Below, piece after piece: positions 44,473-55,616 of a DNA stretch of 64,000 nucleotides. A model generated the notes under the pieces. It was not told the DNA's origin. It worked only from the letters and a program-made list of their open reading frames with translations, and did no database searches. Source of the stretch: Parapedobacter sp. (GTDB taxonomy: Bacteria; Bacteroidota; Bacteroidia; Sphingobacteriales; Sphingobacteriaceae); NCBI RefSeq assembly GCF_035556095.1, contig NZ_DATMFT010000016.1, positions 53,508 to 117,507 on the forward strand, given 5' to 3'. Numbering within the stretch: position 1 is the stretch's first letter; each line of letters opens with the position of its first letter. The position numbers and the translations under genes were made by a program.

Positions 44473-46131
44473 ATGAAATACATAAAGATAATTGTAATCT
44501 GTTCAATATTAATACCGCTTTTCGGAGGGTGTAATAAGCCGCTGGATTATAGTGAAGCGTCGTTTTATGGGGAAGATGCGGTGCTGAATAGTCCGAGCCT
44601 CTATAAGGCACTTTTGACTACGATTTATGCATACCTGCCCACTGACTTTAACAGTATTGATGGCGCGATGCGGGCGTCGGCATCCGATGACGCGGTGCAT
44701 GTGTGGGATTTATCTGCCATTAAGAGATTCAACGATGGAAGCTGGAGTGCCTTACAACCGCTTGACGATCAATGGGGCCACTTGTATACTGGAATCCGCT
44801 CAGCTAACCTGTTCCTGCAAAAATCGGAAGGACAGACATTTGAAGATCTAAGGTATAACGACGGTTATCGGGAGATGATGATTCAATACGATAACTACCC
44901 CAACGAAGCCCGATTCTTGAGAGCGTTTTTTTATTTTGAATTGATTAAGCGGTATGGGGATGTTCCCTTGATTAAGACCCCATTAACCGTGCAAGAAGCT
45001 AATGCGGTGACTAGAACGCCCTATTACGACGTGGTCGATTTTATTGTTTCCGAATGTGACGACATCATTCCGAAATTGCCTACTTCCTACGCAAGCCTGC
45101 CGGGTGCCGAAACCGGACGTGCAACAAAAGGAGCCGCCCTTGCATTAAAAGCTCGTACGCTTTTATACGCCGCTAGTCCGTTGCATAACGTTTCAAACGA
45201 CCAGACGAAGTGGGTGGCCGCAGCTACTGCGGCAAAAGAAATCATCGATATGCAACAATATTCGCTGGAGGGCAGTTATAAAAACGTCGTAAACAACATT
45301 AATTCATCTGAATTGATATTGGAAACCAGACAAAACTTCTCGAATGCCTTTGAAGTGGCAAACTTTCCGGTAGGTTATGAAGGGGGAAATACGGGGACGT
45401 GCCCTACACAAAATCTGGTGGAGGCATATGAAATGCAGGAAACTGGGATGGACATTAACGAGCAAGAATCGGGCTTCGTTGCTCAAAATCCGTATGCAGG
45501 TCGTGACCCCCGGATGTATGAAACCATCCTTTACAATGGTGCCACTTGGAAAAATTTGACTATAGAGGTTTGGCCTGGCGGATTCAATGGCCCTCCTCAG
45601 GAACGGGCTACCAAGACAGGGTATTATCTTAAAAAATACCTAATAGAAAGTATTTCATTAAATCCCGTCAACCCTACGACGCAGCAGCATGCCTGGGTGG
45701 TATTTCGCTATGGCGAGGTGTTGTTAAATTATGCGGAGGCTATGAATGAAGCATTTGGCCCCGATGTCAAGGGCCCCGGCACGTTGCAAATGACCGCGAG
45801 CGAGGCGGTGAACTTTATACGGTGGCGGGCAGCAATGCCGGATTTTCCCGCAGCTATGTCGCAAGACGCCTTTAGGCAAAAATTGCGGAATGAACGGCGG
45901 GTGGAGCTGGCCTTTGAGGATAGTCGTTTCTGGGATATCAGGAGATGGGGAATTGGTAATTCGACCGCAGAAATATATGGCGTGGACGTAAGCCGGAATA
46001 ATTCGGGCCAGGTATCTTATACCCCGAAATTGGTTGAAACGCGTGTTTGGCACGACAAAATGAATTTGTACCCAATTGCACAGAATGAATTGTATGTGAA
46101 TAAAGCGCTTACACAAAACCCCAATTGGTAG
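44473..46131 (+). CDS. SusD/RagB-family lipoprotein
   Basis: Lipobox (FGGC). The C-terminus reads ERRVELAFEDSRFWDIRRW...NPNW. Confidence 0.9.
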   Translation: MKYIKIIVICSILIPLFGGCNKPLDYSEASFYGEDAVLNSPSLYKALLTTIYAYLPTDFNSIDGAMRASASDDAVHVWDLSAIKRFNDGSWSALQPLDDQWGHLYTGIRSANLFLQKSEGQTFEDLRYNDGYREMMIQYDNYPNEARFLRAFFYFELIKRYGDVPLIKTPLTVQEANAVTRTPYYDVVDFIVSECDDIIPKLPTSYASLPGAETGRATKGAALALKARTLLYAASPLHNVSNDQTKWVAAATAAKEIIDMQQYSLEGSYKNVVNNINSSELILETRQNFSNAFEVANFPVGYEGGNTGTCPTQNLVEAYEMQETGMDINEQESGFVAQNPYAGRDPRMYETILYNGATWKNLTIEVWPGGFNGPPQERATKTGYYLKKYLIESISLNPVNPTTQQHAWVVFRYGEVLLNYAEAMNEAFGPDVKGPGTLQMTASEAVNFIRWRAAMPDFPAAMSQDAFRQKLRNERRVELAFEDSRFWDIRRWGIGNSTAEIYGVDVSRNNSGQVSYTPKLVETRVWHDKMNLYPIAQNELYVNKALTQNPNW

Positions 46132-46136
46132 TGTGT

Positions 46137-47402
46137 ATGCGAACAGCAATAGACATACCCGTGAGGTTAATCATTAAAATCGCTCTCTTGTGTTCCCTCC
46201 AATGCAAAGCACAAACAGATATTTACAGAGAGGGACCCACCACTGCTGAAATAAGTGCTATGATAGCGCGTAATAGTCCGCTTAATGGTGCAACTATTCC
46301 GGCAGATATGAGAGTGCGGCTAGGGGCTTCACACGTTGCGGGAAAGTACTTTCTAACCGAATCTCCATTTTTAACAGCGGGTAGTCAAGCCATTCAACAC
46401 CTAGGCATGGGAACGATTAAGCTGTGGCTCCAAGATAAGCCCGCAAGCGATTATCCGTACAATTCCGACTGGAATTTAAGTGAGCAGGCAAGCTTGGTTG
46501 AGATTGCGGCGCATCCCTATTTTAAAGCGGTCTTTGATATGCCATTCAAAACCTTTGCATTGAGTGTGCGTGGTGAAATAAATCTTCAGCAGGCGATGAA
46601 AGCATCAGCTACAGATTATGCCAAGGAAGAAGAGGCCATGTATCAATTGACTAAGTATCTGCTGCAAACTTATAAGGATAGGGAAGTGGTTTTTATTCTG
46701 CATAACTGGGAAGGCGATTGGTTGATGCGCGGTGGCACGAACGCGGCCGCGCAGTGGACAGCGGAGTCTTTTCCTCCCGATGTAGAGAAGCGTAGCGATG
46801 TCATGATCAACTGGTTTAGTGCTAGACAAACCGGGGTCGATCGGGCACGTGCTGAGATGGGAATAACAAACTGTAAGATTTATCACGCAATCGAAGTCAA
46901 TAAGGTGCTTGATGGTCGAAAAGGTATTCCGTGTCTTACCTCCAATGTGCTTCCCTATGTAAAGACGGATATGGTGTCTTGGTCATGCTATGAAGGGTTG
47001 GCTGACCCGGTGGATCTTTGGCGGGGTATTGATTACATCAGAGAAAATATGAAATCTACTGGTGAATTTCCAGCTGTTCCTATTATGATTGGCGAAATTG
47101 GGATTCCCGAAAACGAAGGAACTGTTTTTGGAATTGCGGCACAAAATGGAAGAATTATAAAAGAAGAGCTTATTAAGCGCTGGGATAAGGCTATGTCGGT
47201 TTTTATAACACAAGATATCCCCTATATTATACATTGGCAAGTTTACTGCAACGAGGTCAAAGAAGGTGTAAAAAATTCGTTGGTATACACGAATGATCAA
47301 TTGAGGGGATTTTGGCTTATTCGACCCGATGGTACAGAAAGTTACTCAGCTTCCTACTTAAGAAGTTTAATTCAAAATGCAGGAAAGAAACTTGGAAAGT
47401 AA
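46137..47402 (+). CDS. secreted hypothetical protein, possibly a clan GH-A-like TIM-barrel glycosidase
   Basis: Signal peptide. HNWEGDW (an Asn-Glu acid/base-like motif) and IMIGEIGIPE (a nucleophile-like Glu) are spaced about 130 aa apart. The assignment is tentative. Confidence 0.35.
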   Translation: MRTAIDIPVRLIIKIALLCSLQCKAQTDIYREGPTTAEISAMIARNSPLNGATIPADMRVRLGASHVAGKYFLTESPFLTAGSQAIQHLGMGTIKLWLQDKPASDYPYNSDWNLSEQASLVEIAAHPYFKAVFDMPFKTFALSVRGEINLQQAMKASATDYAKEEEAMYQLTKYLLQTYKDREVVFILHNWEGDWLMRGGTNAAAQWTAESFPPDVEKRSDVMINWFSARQTGVDRARAEMGITNCKIYHAIEVNKVLDGRKGIPCLTSNVLPYVKTDMVSWSCYEGLADPVDLWRGIDYIRENMKSTGEFPAVPIMIGEIGIPENEGTVFGIAAQNGRIIKEELIKRWDKAMSVFITQDIPYIIHWQVYCNEVKEGVKNSLVYTNDQLRGFWLIRPDGTESYSASYLRSLIQNAGKKLGK

Positions 47403-47428
47403 ATTCATCATTCGCAAATATTGTTACC

Positions 47429-48760
47429 ATGAAAACAAGTAAAAATCCATTAAAAACCAAAAGTACATTAGCGACCTTCCTCAATTTGTCGGCAGGTTTA
47501 ACCATCAAAAGCCTTTTCTCCGTGATCATTACATTGATTCTTGCCGGAGGGTACCAGACACTTTCAGCAAGTAATGAAATTAACTATGACGGACACTTGG
47601 TTAGTATCCAAAAGTTTGGAGTTAAACCTGGTAACACGGGGATGGAAAATGCCATAAACCTTCAAAAGGCAATAGACTGGGCGTCGGATAACGGAGCAGG
47701 ATTGTATGTAGAACCGTCTGACGAACCTTATCATGTTGATGGGGGAATTGTGCTAAAAAGGAACGTATCACTGATTGGCGTACATGGTCCAACCGCGAGG
47801 GGTACAGTACATTCTTCAAAGAAGCAACCCGTAGGAAGTGTTTTCAAGATTACCGACCGAGACCATGTTTTTATGACGGTTGAAAGTGCAACACAGATAA
47901 AAGGCATTCAATTTTGGTATTCCGAACAAACTATTAATGATCCTGACGCAATCATACCCTATCCGGCTACCATCCAAACTTCTAAAACGAGTTCTACCCA
48001 GGGAGTATATCTGTCCTGTCTGACGTTCTATGGTGAATATTTAGCTATGGATTTCAATGCGGATGCTAAAAATATCTGCGAATCGATGATATTTGAACAT
48101 TGTTATGGATATCCGTTAAGTGGTGAATTCATTAGAATAGATTACTGCTATGATATCCCTAGAATCCTGCATTGCCACGTGAATCCAGCTAATCAACGCT
48201 TTATTGGGGGTGGATATAGTCGCGACGTGATTGATGCAGTTGTCGCGAAAAAGACGTTTACCTATTCAATCAATCATACGGACAACGCTCAATTGATGGA
48301 TGTTTTTACGTTCGGTTCGTACGGCGGAATACGATTGGGGGAGCAGTCTTATGGACAACTAACAAATTTCAATTTGGATTGTGTGGTTATCGGTATCTTG
48401 AAAGAGGGGGCTAATACCTTTAACCGTAATTGGCAGATTGCACAGGGCTCGATTATTGCCAATGCCGGTACCGATGTAGATATCATTCATCCGATTGTAA
48501 TAAAAGGCGAGGGCCATACGGCGATTACGAACGTAGAAGCCTTTTCCGGCGATAATCCCGCTTTGACAAACGTTGCAAAATCATATGATTTTATGCTAAT
48601 TGAGGGAAATAAAAAGCTCACCATATCGATGGTAGGTTGTAGGATGCGAGACTATATCTCCCCCACGCCCATCACGATTAATAATAAGAAGGCGATAATA
48701 CATGCAATAGGGTGTATTGATAAAGATGAGAACATATATCATACTAAAGTTAGCGATTAG
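47429..48760 (+). CDS. right-handed beta-helix (pectate-lyase-superfamily-like) protein
   Basis: The N-terminal VSIQKFGVKPGNTGMENAINLQKAIDWASDNGAGLYVEP..VDGGIVLKRNVSLIG is typical of the Pectate_lyase_3 / GH28-related N-terminus. Confidence 0.5.
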   Translation: MKTSKNPLKTKSTLATFLNLSAGLTIKSLFSVIITLILAGGYQTLSASNEINYDGHLVSIQKFGVKPGNTGMENAINLQKAIDWASDNGAGLYVEPSDEPYHVDGGIVLKRNVSLIGVHGPTARGTVHSSKKQPVGSVFKITDRDHVFMTVESATQIKGIQFWYSEQTINDPDAIIPYPATIQTSKTSSTQGVYLSCLTFYGEYLAMDFNADAKNICESMIFEHCYGYPLSGEFIRIDYCYDIPRILHCHVNPANQRFIGGGYSRDVIDAVVAKKTFTYSINHTDNAQLMDVFTFGSYGGIRLGEQSYGQLTNFNLDCVVIGILKEGANTFNRNWQIAQGSIIANAGTDVDIIHPIVIKGEGHTAITNVEAFSGDNPALTNVAKSYDFMLIEGNKKLTISMVGCRMRDYISPTPITINNKKAIIHAIGCIDKDENIYHTKVSD

Positions 48761-48813
48761 TTTAGTTTTATCGTACCCGTCATTCAACTTATAATTTGCT
48801 ACTGAAATCTGCT

Positions 48814-50724
48814 ATGCGTTACTTAACCTTATTTGGAATTGTTATCGGAGTCATGGGTTGTCGTCTGTCGTACGGGCAGACCAGCATGTCCGATGCAATT
48901 GTTGTATTCGATCTGAGATATACCTTGGAAGGCACTTGGGAAGAACCACAGGCGGTGAAGCAGGCTTGGGATCATGCGCATACACTGGCGACGTTGCAGG
49001 GGTTGGTTAATAGAGAATCCCCTCGCTTGTATACGTACTTCGTGAAAAACGGTCAACACGATATCGACCGTTATTGGTGGAACAAGTACCGGGCTGAAGG
49101 CAAATGGCTTGCAAAGCGGGATACACTGGTGTATCCAGATATTCTTTCGTTGATCGCGGCATTTAGCGGCGATATCAAAGGCGTCGTCGTTTATGACCCG
49201 AATGTGCCGGCTACCAGCAACGTAGCATCGGCAGTAGCCGGTGCTGACGGGCTGATTGCCGTCCGTTACGATCCCGATGAGGGGAGCCTCTATCATCAGC
49301 TGGTGGAAACCGGGCTGCGCTTACCCGTAAAAGTTCGGCTGGTAAAAAAGAACGGGAAGCCGGTTTTTACAGGCTCGGGGAAGATACCTGGCACTTCGCG
49401 TCCTTCAAGCGGATCGGCGAAAAATGACGCCTATCGGTGGTTTATTGAGCACTATCTAAAAAAGGGGAAATGCAATACCGCTTTTGGCGCTTATTACATC
49501 GACCAATATTGGATGACCAATCCGACGCGGATAAATCGAAATCACCACACGTTATCCAACCATGACTACTTTGTCAGTCAAAAAGCCTTTTTCTTTGACC
49601 TTAGTCCCTGGGCGGACGAGCCGGCCACCGATGATCCTTCTCAACAGCCGGGGACAGACTTGGAAACACTGAAAGAATTTTTGCTATTGGCCTATCAGCA
49701 AAATGGTAACGGGAATACATTTACTCATATCGGTGGATTTCCGCCATGGGCATTCAAGTATACCCAACATGCAGGTGGAAAGCACGGTGATGTACCGACG
49801 GAGTGGGAATATTCTCGCATCATCAGTGCCTACAATGCATTTAAGGATGCAGACGCTATCGGGTACGGAGCCTTGGCCAATGCGTCGTTTTGGCAACACT
49901 ATCCACTAAAGGACGTTTATCCCCAAGAGCAGGTCACTGACGAGGAATTGGTGGCACGCGGTTACCTCACGGCGGACGGTAAGCTGGTGGAAAACGGAAA
50001 GGAATATCTGGTGTTTTACGTAGGCGACTACGACGCTGCTTCTTGGCTGTCCCAAACCACACCAACGCTGTGGGATGATCCCAACCGGGGGAAAGTGCCA
50101 CTGATGTGGTGCATCAGTCCGGTTTTAGCGCAACGCGTCCCGATGGCGATGGAATACAGGAGGTCGTCGGCTACGCCAAACGACTATTTCGCAGCAGCGG
50201 ACAACGGTGCCGGATATCTAATGCCCGGCATGTTGCAGGTGCCCCGAGATGTGTCTGGACTACCCGACGCCACAGCGCAGTGGGCTGTACACAATATGCC
50301 GTATTATAAACAATGGGGTCTTTCCATTACGGGTTTTGTCATTGACGGGGAAGCGCCCGGTTTGAACAAAGACGGGCTGGACGCCTATGCACAGTTCAGT
50401 CCGGATGGCATTGTACCACAGAAAGTACCATTGACGCTACTGCATGACCGGATGCCGGTGCTGCGCTCGGATGAAGATGTCAATCAGGAAGACCCGGCAA
50501 CAGCTGCAGCGGTTATTGTAAACCGGGTAGACAAACGGCCTTTGCGTTTCCACTGGTTCCGCAATATTCTGAAATCGCCGAGCTGGTACGTGCAAGTGGT
50601 GGATGAAGTGCACAAACGTAATCCGAATATCGAGCTTTTGGACGGAGCTACTTTTTTTGCTTTATACCGGAAATACCTAGAAAACACGCCGGAAGCGGCG
50701 CGAGGCTCATGGCCGAATCACTAA
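48814..50724 (+). CDS. GxGYxYP-family putative glycoside hydrolase
   Basis: Signal peptide. The motif NGAGYLMPG fits GxGYxYP. About 636 aa. Confidence 0.5.
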   Translation: MRYLTLFGIVIGVMGCRLSYGQTSMSDAIVVFDLRYTLEGTWEEPQAVKQAWDHAHTLATLQGLVNRESPRLYTYFVKNGQHDIDRYWWNKYRAEGKWLAKRDTLVYPDILSLIAAFSGDIKGVVVYDPNVPATSNVASAVAGADGLIAVRYDPDEGSLYHQLVETGLRLPVKVRLVKKNGKPVFTGSGKIPGTSRPSSGSAKNDAYRWFIEHYLKKGKCNTAFGAYYIDQYWMTNPTRINRNHHTLSNHDYFVSQKAFFFDLSPWADEPATDDPSQQPGTDLETLKEFLLLAYQQNGNGNTFTHIGGFPPWAFKYTQHAGGKHGDVPTEWEYSRIISAYNAFKDADAIGYGALANASFWQHYPLKDVYPQEQVTDEELVARGYLTADGKLVENGKEYLVFYVGDYDAASWLSQTTPTLWDDPNRGKVPLMWCISPVLAQRVPMAMEYRRSSATPNDYFAAADNGAGYLMPGMLQVPRDVSGLPDATAQWAVHNMPYYKQWGLSITGFVIDGEAPGLNKDGLDAYAQFSPDGIVPQKVPLTLLHDRMPVLRSDEDVNQEDPATAAAVIVNRVDKRPLRFHWFRNILKSPSWYVQVVDEVHKRNPNIELLDGATFFALYRKYLENTPEAARGSWPNH

Positions 50725-50728
50725 TTTA

Positions 50729-53041
50729 ATGATGCTCATGAAATCATATTGTAATATGCGTATAAAGTGGATCATATCTTTTTTTGTGGTATTCCATGTC
50801 GTGCCTTACCAGCTATTTGCGGGGAGTGACAGGAACCCAGTCGATCGAGTAAACCCTTTGATGGGAACAGATTCAAAGTTTGAATTGTCAAATGGAAACC
50901 AATACCCGGTTATTGCGCTGCCCTGGGGGATGAATTTCTGGTCGCCACAAACCGGTAAAATGGGGAATGGGTGGCTATATCAATATTCGGCAGACAAGAT
51001 CCGTGGCATTAAACAAACTCATCAGGCCAGCGTATGGATAGGCGATTACGGTCAGTTTTCACTGATGCCGGTAACTGGAACGCTTAAGGTTGATGAAGAG
51101 GAACGTGCGAGCTGGTTTTCCCATAAGGCCGAAATAGCGAAACCCCATTATTACAGTGTGTATCTGGCCGATCCAGACGTGACGGCAGAAGTCACACCCA
51201 CAGAGCGGGCTGCGAAATTCAGGTTTACCTACCCGGATACGGATAGCGCATACCTCGTCATTGATGCGTTTGACAACGGGTCATTTATCAAAATAATCCC
51301 GGAAGAGCGTAAGGTGATTGGATATACTACAAAAAACAGTGGGGGCGTACCAGAGAATTTTAAGAATTATTTCGTCATCACATTTGATAAGCCCTTTACC
51401 TATGCAGCTACTTATGAAAGTAAGCAAAAACAGCATGGACTGGAATACGCTGGAAATCACGCTATCGGTGTAATCGCTTTTCAGACCAAGCATGGTGAAA
51501 AGGTGCACGCCAATGTCGCCTCGTCATTCATCAGCCATGAGCAAGCGGAGCGAAATCTCAATGAACTCGGGAACGAGGGCTTTGATGCCATCAAAGCGAA
51601 AGGGGAGGCTATATGGAATGCTGAACTGGGTCGAATACAGGTCAGTGGGGGTACGGATGATCAATTGGCGACGTTTTATTCGTGCTTATACCGCGTTTTA
51701 CTTTACCCCCGTAAATTTTATGAGTATGATGAGGATGGGAATATCGTGCATTACAGTCCATACAACGGGCAGGTTTTGCCAGGCTATATGTTTACCGACA
51801 ATGGTTTCTGGGATACTTTCCGTGCCGTATTTCCGTTTTTCAACTTGATGTATCCGACGCTGACGGGGCAGATTATGGAAGGCCTCGTGAACACCTATAA
51901 AGAAAGTGGATGGCTTCCTGAATGGGCAAGCCCTGGACATCGGGAAAGCATGATTGGTTCCAATTCGGCATCCATCGTCGCTGAAGCTTATTTAAAAGGC
52001 GCACGGGGATATGACATCAATGCGTTATATGAAGCATTGCTGAAAAACAGCGAAAATGAAGGGCCGTTGAGTTCGGTAGGGCGACGCGGTGTGGACTATT
52101 ACAACCGATTGGGATATGTCCCTTACGATGTCGGAATCAACGAAAATGCCGCACGTACGCTGGAATACGCCTACGATGACTTTGCCATTTACAGGTTAGC
52201 TAAGGAATTGGGCCGTCCGGCCGAGGAAATTAACCGGTTTGCCAAGCGCGCAGGCAACTATAAACACCTGTTTGATCCGGTATCCGGCTTGATGCGCGGT
52301 AAGAACGAAGACGGCGCATTTCAGTCGCCTTTTAATCCGTTTAAATGGGGCGATGCATTTACTGAGGGTAACAGCTGGCATTATAGCTGGTCGGTGTTCC
52401 ATGATATCCAAGGCCTGATCGATCTTATGGGCGGAAAGGAGAAATTCGTGGCGAAATTGGATTCTGTGTTCGCCCTGCCGCCGGTTTACGATGAAAGTTA
52501 TTACGGCATCGTTATCCACGAGATACGGGAAATGCAGATTATGAATATGGGTCAATATGCCCATGGTAACCAGCCAATCCAGCACATGACGTACCTATAC
52601 AACTTTGCCGGGCAGCCCTGGAAGACGCAATATTGGGTTAGGGAGGTGATGGATAAGCTATATCATTCAGGACCTGACGGATACTGCGGAGATGAAGACA
52701 ACGGGCAAACTTCTGCGTGGTATGTGTTTTCGGCGTTGGGCTTCTATCCCGTTTGCCCGGCAATGGATCAATACGTGATCGGTTCTCCGCTTTTTGAAAC
52801 CGCGACCTTGATGCTCGAAAATGGGAATCGGGTAACGATTGAAGCGCCGGGAAACCGTGCACAAAACCGGTATATCCGAAAGGCAACAGTAAACGGTAAG
52901 GAATATACTAAAAATTGGTTCGATCATGGTGAATTGATGAAGGGTGGCAACGTCGTATTCGAGATGTCCGATAGCCCAAACAAACAACGGGGCGTGAAAG
53001 AACAGGATGTTCCCTACTCGTTTTCAACAAGCAAAAGATAG
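50729..53041 (+). CDS. GH92-family alpha-mannosidase
   Basis: 770 aa. HGNQPIQHMTYLYNFAG and GDEDNGQTSAWYVFSALGFYPVCP. The start may instead be 50756. Confidence 0.85.
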   Translation: MMLMKSYCNMRIKWIISFFVVFHVVPYQLFAGSDRNPVDRVNPLMGTDSKFELSNGNQYPVIALPWGMNFWSPQTGKMGNGWLYQYSADKIRGIKQTHQASVWIGDYGQFSLMPVTGTLKVDEEERASWFSHKAEIAKPHYYSVYLADPDVTAEVTPTERAAKFRFTYPDTDSAYLVIDAFDNGSFIKIIPEERKVIGYTTKNSGGVPENFKNYFVITFDKPFTYAATYESKQKQHGLEYAGNHAIGVIAFQTKHGEKVHANVASSFISHEQAERNLNELGNEGFDAIKAKGEAIWNAELGRIQVSGGTDDQLATFYSCLYRVLLYPRKFYEYDEDGNIVHYSPYNGQVLPGYMFTDNGFWDTFRAVFPFFNLMYPTLTGQIMEGLVNTYKESGWLPEWASPGHRESMIGSNSASIVAEAYLKGARGYDINALYEALLKNSENEGPLSSVGRRGVDYYNRLGYVPYDVGINENAARTLEYAYDDFAIYRLAKELGRPAEEINRFAKRAGNYKHLFDPVSGLMRGKNEDGAFQSPFNPFKWGDAFTEGNSWHYSWSVFHDIQGLIDLMGGKEKFVAKLDSVFALPPVYDESYYGIVIHEIREMQIMNMGQYAHGNQPIQHMTYLYNFAGQPWKTQYWVREVMDKLYHSGPDGYCGDEDNGQTSAWYVFSALGFYPVCPAMDQYVIGSPLFETATLMLENGNRVTIEAPGNRAQNRYIRKATVNGKEYTKNWFDHGELMKGGNVVFEMSDSPNKQRGVKEQDVPYSFSTSKR

Positions 53042-53136
53042 TACTAAATGAACTTGCAGGCAATCAATCCAATGACCATCGGGGTGAATGGTTAACGTTT
53101 ATATGCGAAAATGGAAACACGATAATCATAGGTTCT

Positions 53137-53150
53137 CTTGTGTATACAAG
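53137..53150. promoter_or_regulatory. HutC/GntR-type operator (CTTGTGTATACAAG) upstream of the PSD1/DUF1501 operon
   Basis: Palindrome family member. A TAtaTTTG -7 box lies at 53160-53167. Confidence 0.6.
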
Positions 53151-53231
53151 TTGAATTAGTATATTTGCGTTAAGTGCAGTAGTGAAAGGACCGATTCTGT
53201 ACTTATCATAAACAATAGTGTTGCCGTAGTT

Positions 53232-55598
53232 ATGATTCAAGCCAAATTAGCCCGAGTAGCTGTAAACCGGTTTCAGAAATGGACGACGATAGGAGGTATC
53301 TGTGGGGTGGTCTTTTTGCTGGCAACATGTAATGCGACCAACGAAGGTGATCATTCCGCTAACACTCGTTTGCCGGATGTCGTGGACTATAATTTTCATA
53401 TCCGGCCCATATTGTCAGACAAATGCTTTGCGTGCCATGGCCCGGATAACAATACCCGGGAAGCGGGGTTGCGATTGGATACCGAGGAGGGTGCTTACGG
53501 CGCATTGGCAGATTATCCGGGTATGTATGCCATCGTGCCCGGTAAACCGGAAGATAGCGAGGTTTACCACCGGTTGGTTTCCGATGATGAAACGTATCGC
53601 ATGCCCCCGGTTTCGTCAAATCTTGCGCTGACTGACCGCGAAATTAAATTGATTACGCGGTGGATTGAGCAGGGTGCAGAATATAAACCGCATTGGGCAT
53701 TTACACCTCCGCTAAAGGCTGAAGTTCCGCAGGACGATGGCAAAGGATGGGCACGGAATGAAATTGATCATTTCGTCCTCCAGCGGATGAAAGGAGCCGG
53801 TTTCACTCCTAATCCGGTGGCCGAAAAATACCATTTACTGCGCCGCGTAAGTCTGGATCTGACTGGCTTACCACCCGATGTACATCTGATTGATCGCTTT
53901 TTGGCAGACGACTCGCCCAATGCTTACGAAAAGGTAGTCGATGAGCTATTGGCTTCCAGCGCCTATGGTGAGCGCATGGCGTTGCACTGGATGGATGTAG
54001 CGCGGTACGCCGATTCATACGGTTATCAGGATGACGATATCCGTACCCAGTGGCCGTGGCGCGATTGGGTAATCCACGCGTTTAACGAAAACATGAGCTA
54101 TGATCAATTCGTTACCTGGCAGTTGGCGGGCGATTTGTTGCCCAACGCGTCCAAGGAGCAACTGTTGGCCACTGCATTCAACAGGAACCACAAAATCACC
54201 GAAGAAGGTGGCGTGATTGATGAAGAATATCGGGTAGCGTATACCATAGACAAAGCCAATACCTACTCCAAAGGGATTCTGGGGATAACGATGGAATGCG
54301 CACAGTGCCACGATCACAAATATGATCCGTTTTCCCAACAGAACTATTTCAGCTTGTATGCGTTTTTCAACAACACGCTTGAAAGAGGGCTGGAGGGACT
54401 GGTTAATTCCGGGCCTTCCAAGACGCCCCGGCTGACGATTTCACAGGAGGACCTGGATGGTGTGTTGGATTTCATCAACAAGTGGGATGACCAGGCTGAA
54501 GTAACGGTATCGGTGATGGGCGAACGGGATGTTATTAGATCGACGTTTGTACTGGACCGCGGGCTGTATGATGCGCCAACAACGCGTGTGTACCCTGGCA
54601 CACCAGAATCTATCCTTGCATTCGATAGTACACAATATGCGTCCAACCGGCTCGGTTTGGCACAATGGACATTCCGTGATGACAATCCGCTGACAGCCCG
54701 TGTATTTGTGAACCAGCTATGGGCATTGTTTTTTGGTAACGGATTGGTGCCTACGATTGCCGATTTCGGCAATCAAGGAACATTACCCACACACCCCGAA
54801 TTGCTCGACTGGCTCGCAGTTGATTTTCGGGAAAATGGTTGGGATATTAAGCGCCTGGTGAAGCAATTCGCGATGAGTGCGACTTATCGGCAATCGTCGC
54901 AAATTACGGACAAACATCGGAGAATCGATCCTGACAATCGCTATTATGCCCGCGCTTCCCGCCTACGATTGCCGGCGGAGATGGTCCGTGATCAGGTGCT
55001 GGCAAGCAGCGGCTTGCTGAACAAGACCATTGGTGGACCGAGCGTGAAACCCTATCAACCGGATGGAATATGGGAGGTTACCAGTCCCGGAAGAGGAGCG
55101 TTGGCCCATTATGTTCAAGACCATGGCGATGCATTGTACCGGCGGGGCATTTATGTGTTCTTTAAGTTAACGTTGCCGCCTCCCAGTATGCTTATATTTG
55201 ACTCAAGCAACCGCGATATGTGTGAGGTAACCCGGCAGCGGACCAATACACCGCTTCAAGCGTTGGTTATGTTGAATGACCCGACAATATTGGAAGGGGC
55301 TCGTGTATTTGCTCAAGAGCTTTTGGCCGTGTCAACCGATACGTCACCACAAAGCTTAATAAAGACCGCATTTAAGCGGATTTTATGTCGAGAAGCAACA
55401 ACTGATGAAATCGATGTGCTGCAACAGTATTACGAAGAGGAGCAACAGCGTTTCCGCAACGTCCCGGATGAAGCCGACAAATTCTTGCAGGTGGGAGAAG
55501 CGCCGCGTAACGCAGATGTACCTGCCATTGAACATGCGGCGTTGATGGCTGTCATCCACGCCATTTATAACCTTGAAGAAGCCACCACACGTGTGTAA
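53232..55598 (+). CDS. PSD1 / DUF1549-DUF1553 protein with N-terminal planctomycete-type cytochrome c domain
   Basis: 788 aa. CFACHGPDNNTREAGLRLD and YRMPP (PSCyt-type), later CAQCHDHKYDP (DUF1549/1553 signature, from memory). Confidence 0.7.
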   Translation: MIQAKLARVAVNRFQKWTTIGGICGVVFLLATCNATNEGDHSANTRLPDVVDYNFHIRPILSDKCFACHGPDNNTREAGLRLDTEEGAYGALADYPGMYAIVPGKPEDSEVYHRLVSDDETYRMPPVSSNLALTDREIKLITRWIEQGAEYKPHWAFTPPLKAEVPQDDGKGWARNEIDHFVLQRMKGAGFTPNPVAEKYHLLRRVSLDLTGLPPDVHLIDRFLADDSPNAYEKVVDELLASSAYGERMALHWMDVARYADSYGYQDDDIRTQWPWRDWVIHAFNENMSYDQFVTWQLAGDLLPNASKEQLLATAFNRNHKITEEGGVIDEEYRVAYTIDKANTYSKGILGITMECAQCHDHKYDPFSQQNYFSLYAFFNNTLERGLEGLVNSGPSKTPRLTISQEDLDGVLDFINKWDDQAEVTVSVMGERDVIRSTFVLDRGLYDAPTTRVYPGTPESILAFDSTQYASNRLGLAQWTFRDDNPLTARVFVNQLWALFFGNGLVPTIADFGNQGTLPTHPELLDWLAVDFRENGWDIKRLVKQFAMSATYRQSSQITDKHRRIDPDNRYYARASRLRLPAEMVRDQVLASSGLLNKTIGGPSVKPYQPDGIWEVTSPGRGALAHYVQDHGDALYRRGIYVFFKLTLPPPSMLIFDSSNRDMCEVTRQRTNTPLQALVMLNDPTILEGARVFAQELLAVSTDTSPQSLIKTAFKRILCREATTDEIDVLQQYYEEEQQRFRNVPDEADKFLQVGEAPRNADVPAIEHAALMAVIHAIYNLEEATTRV

Positions 55599-55616
55599 AC
55601 GATAAATCGCTGAGTA

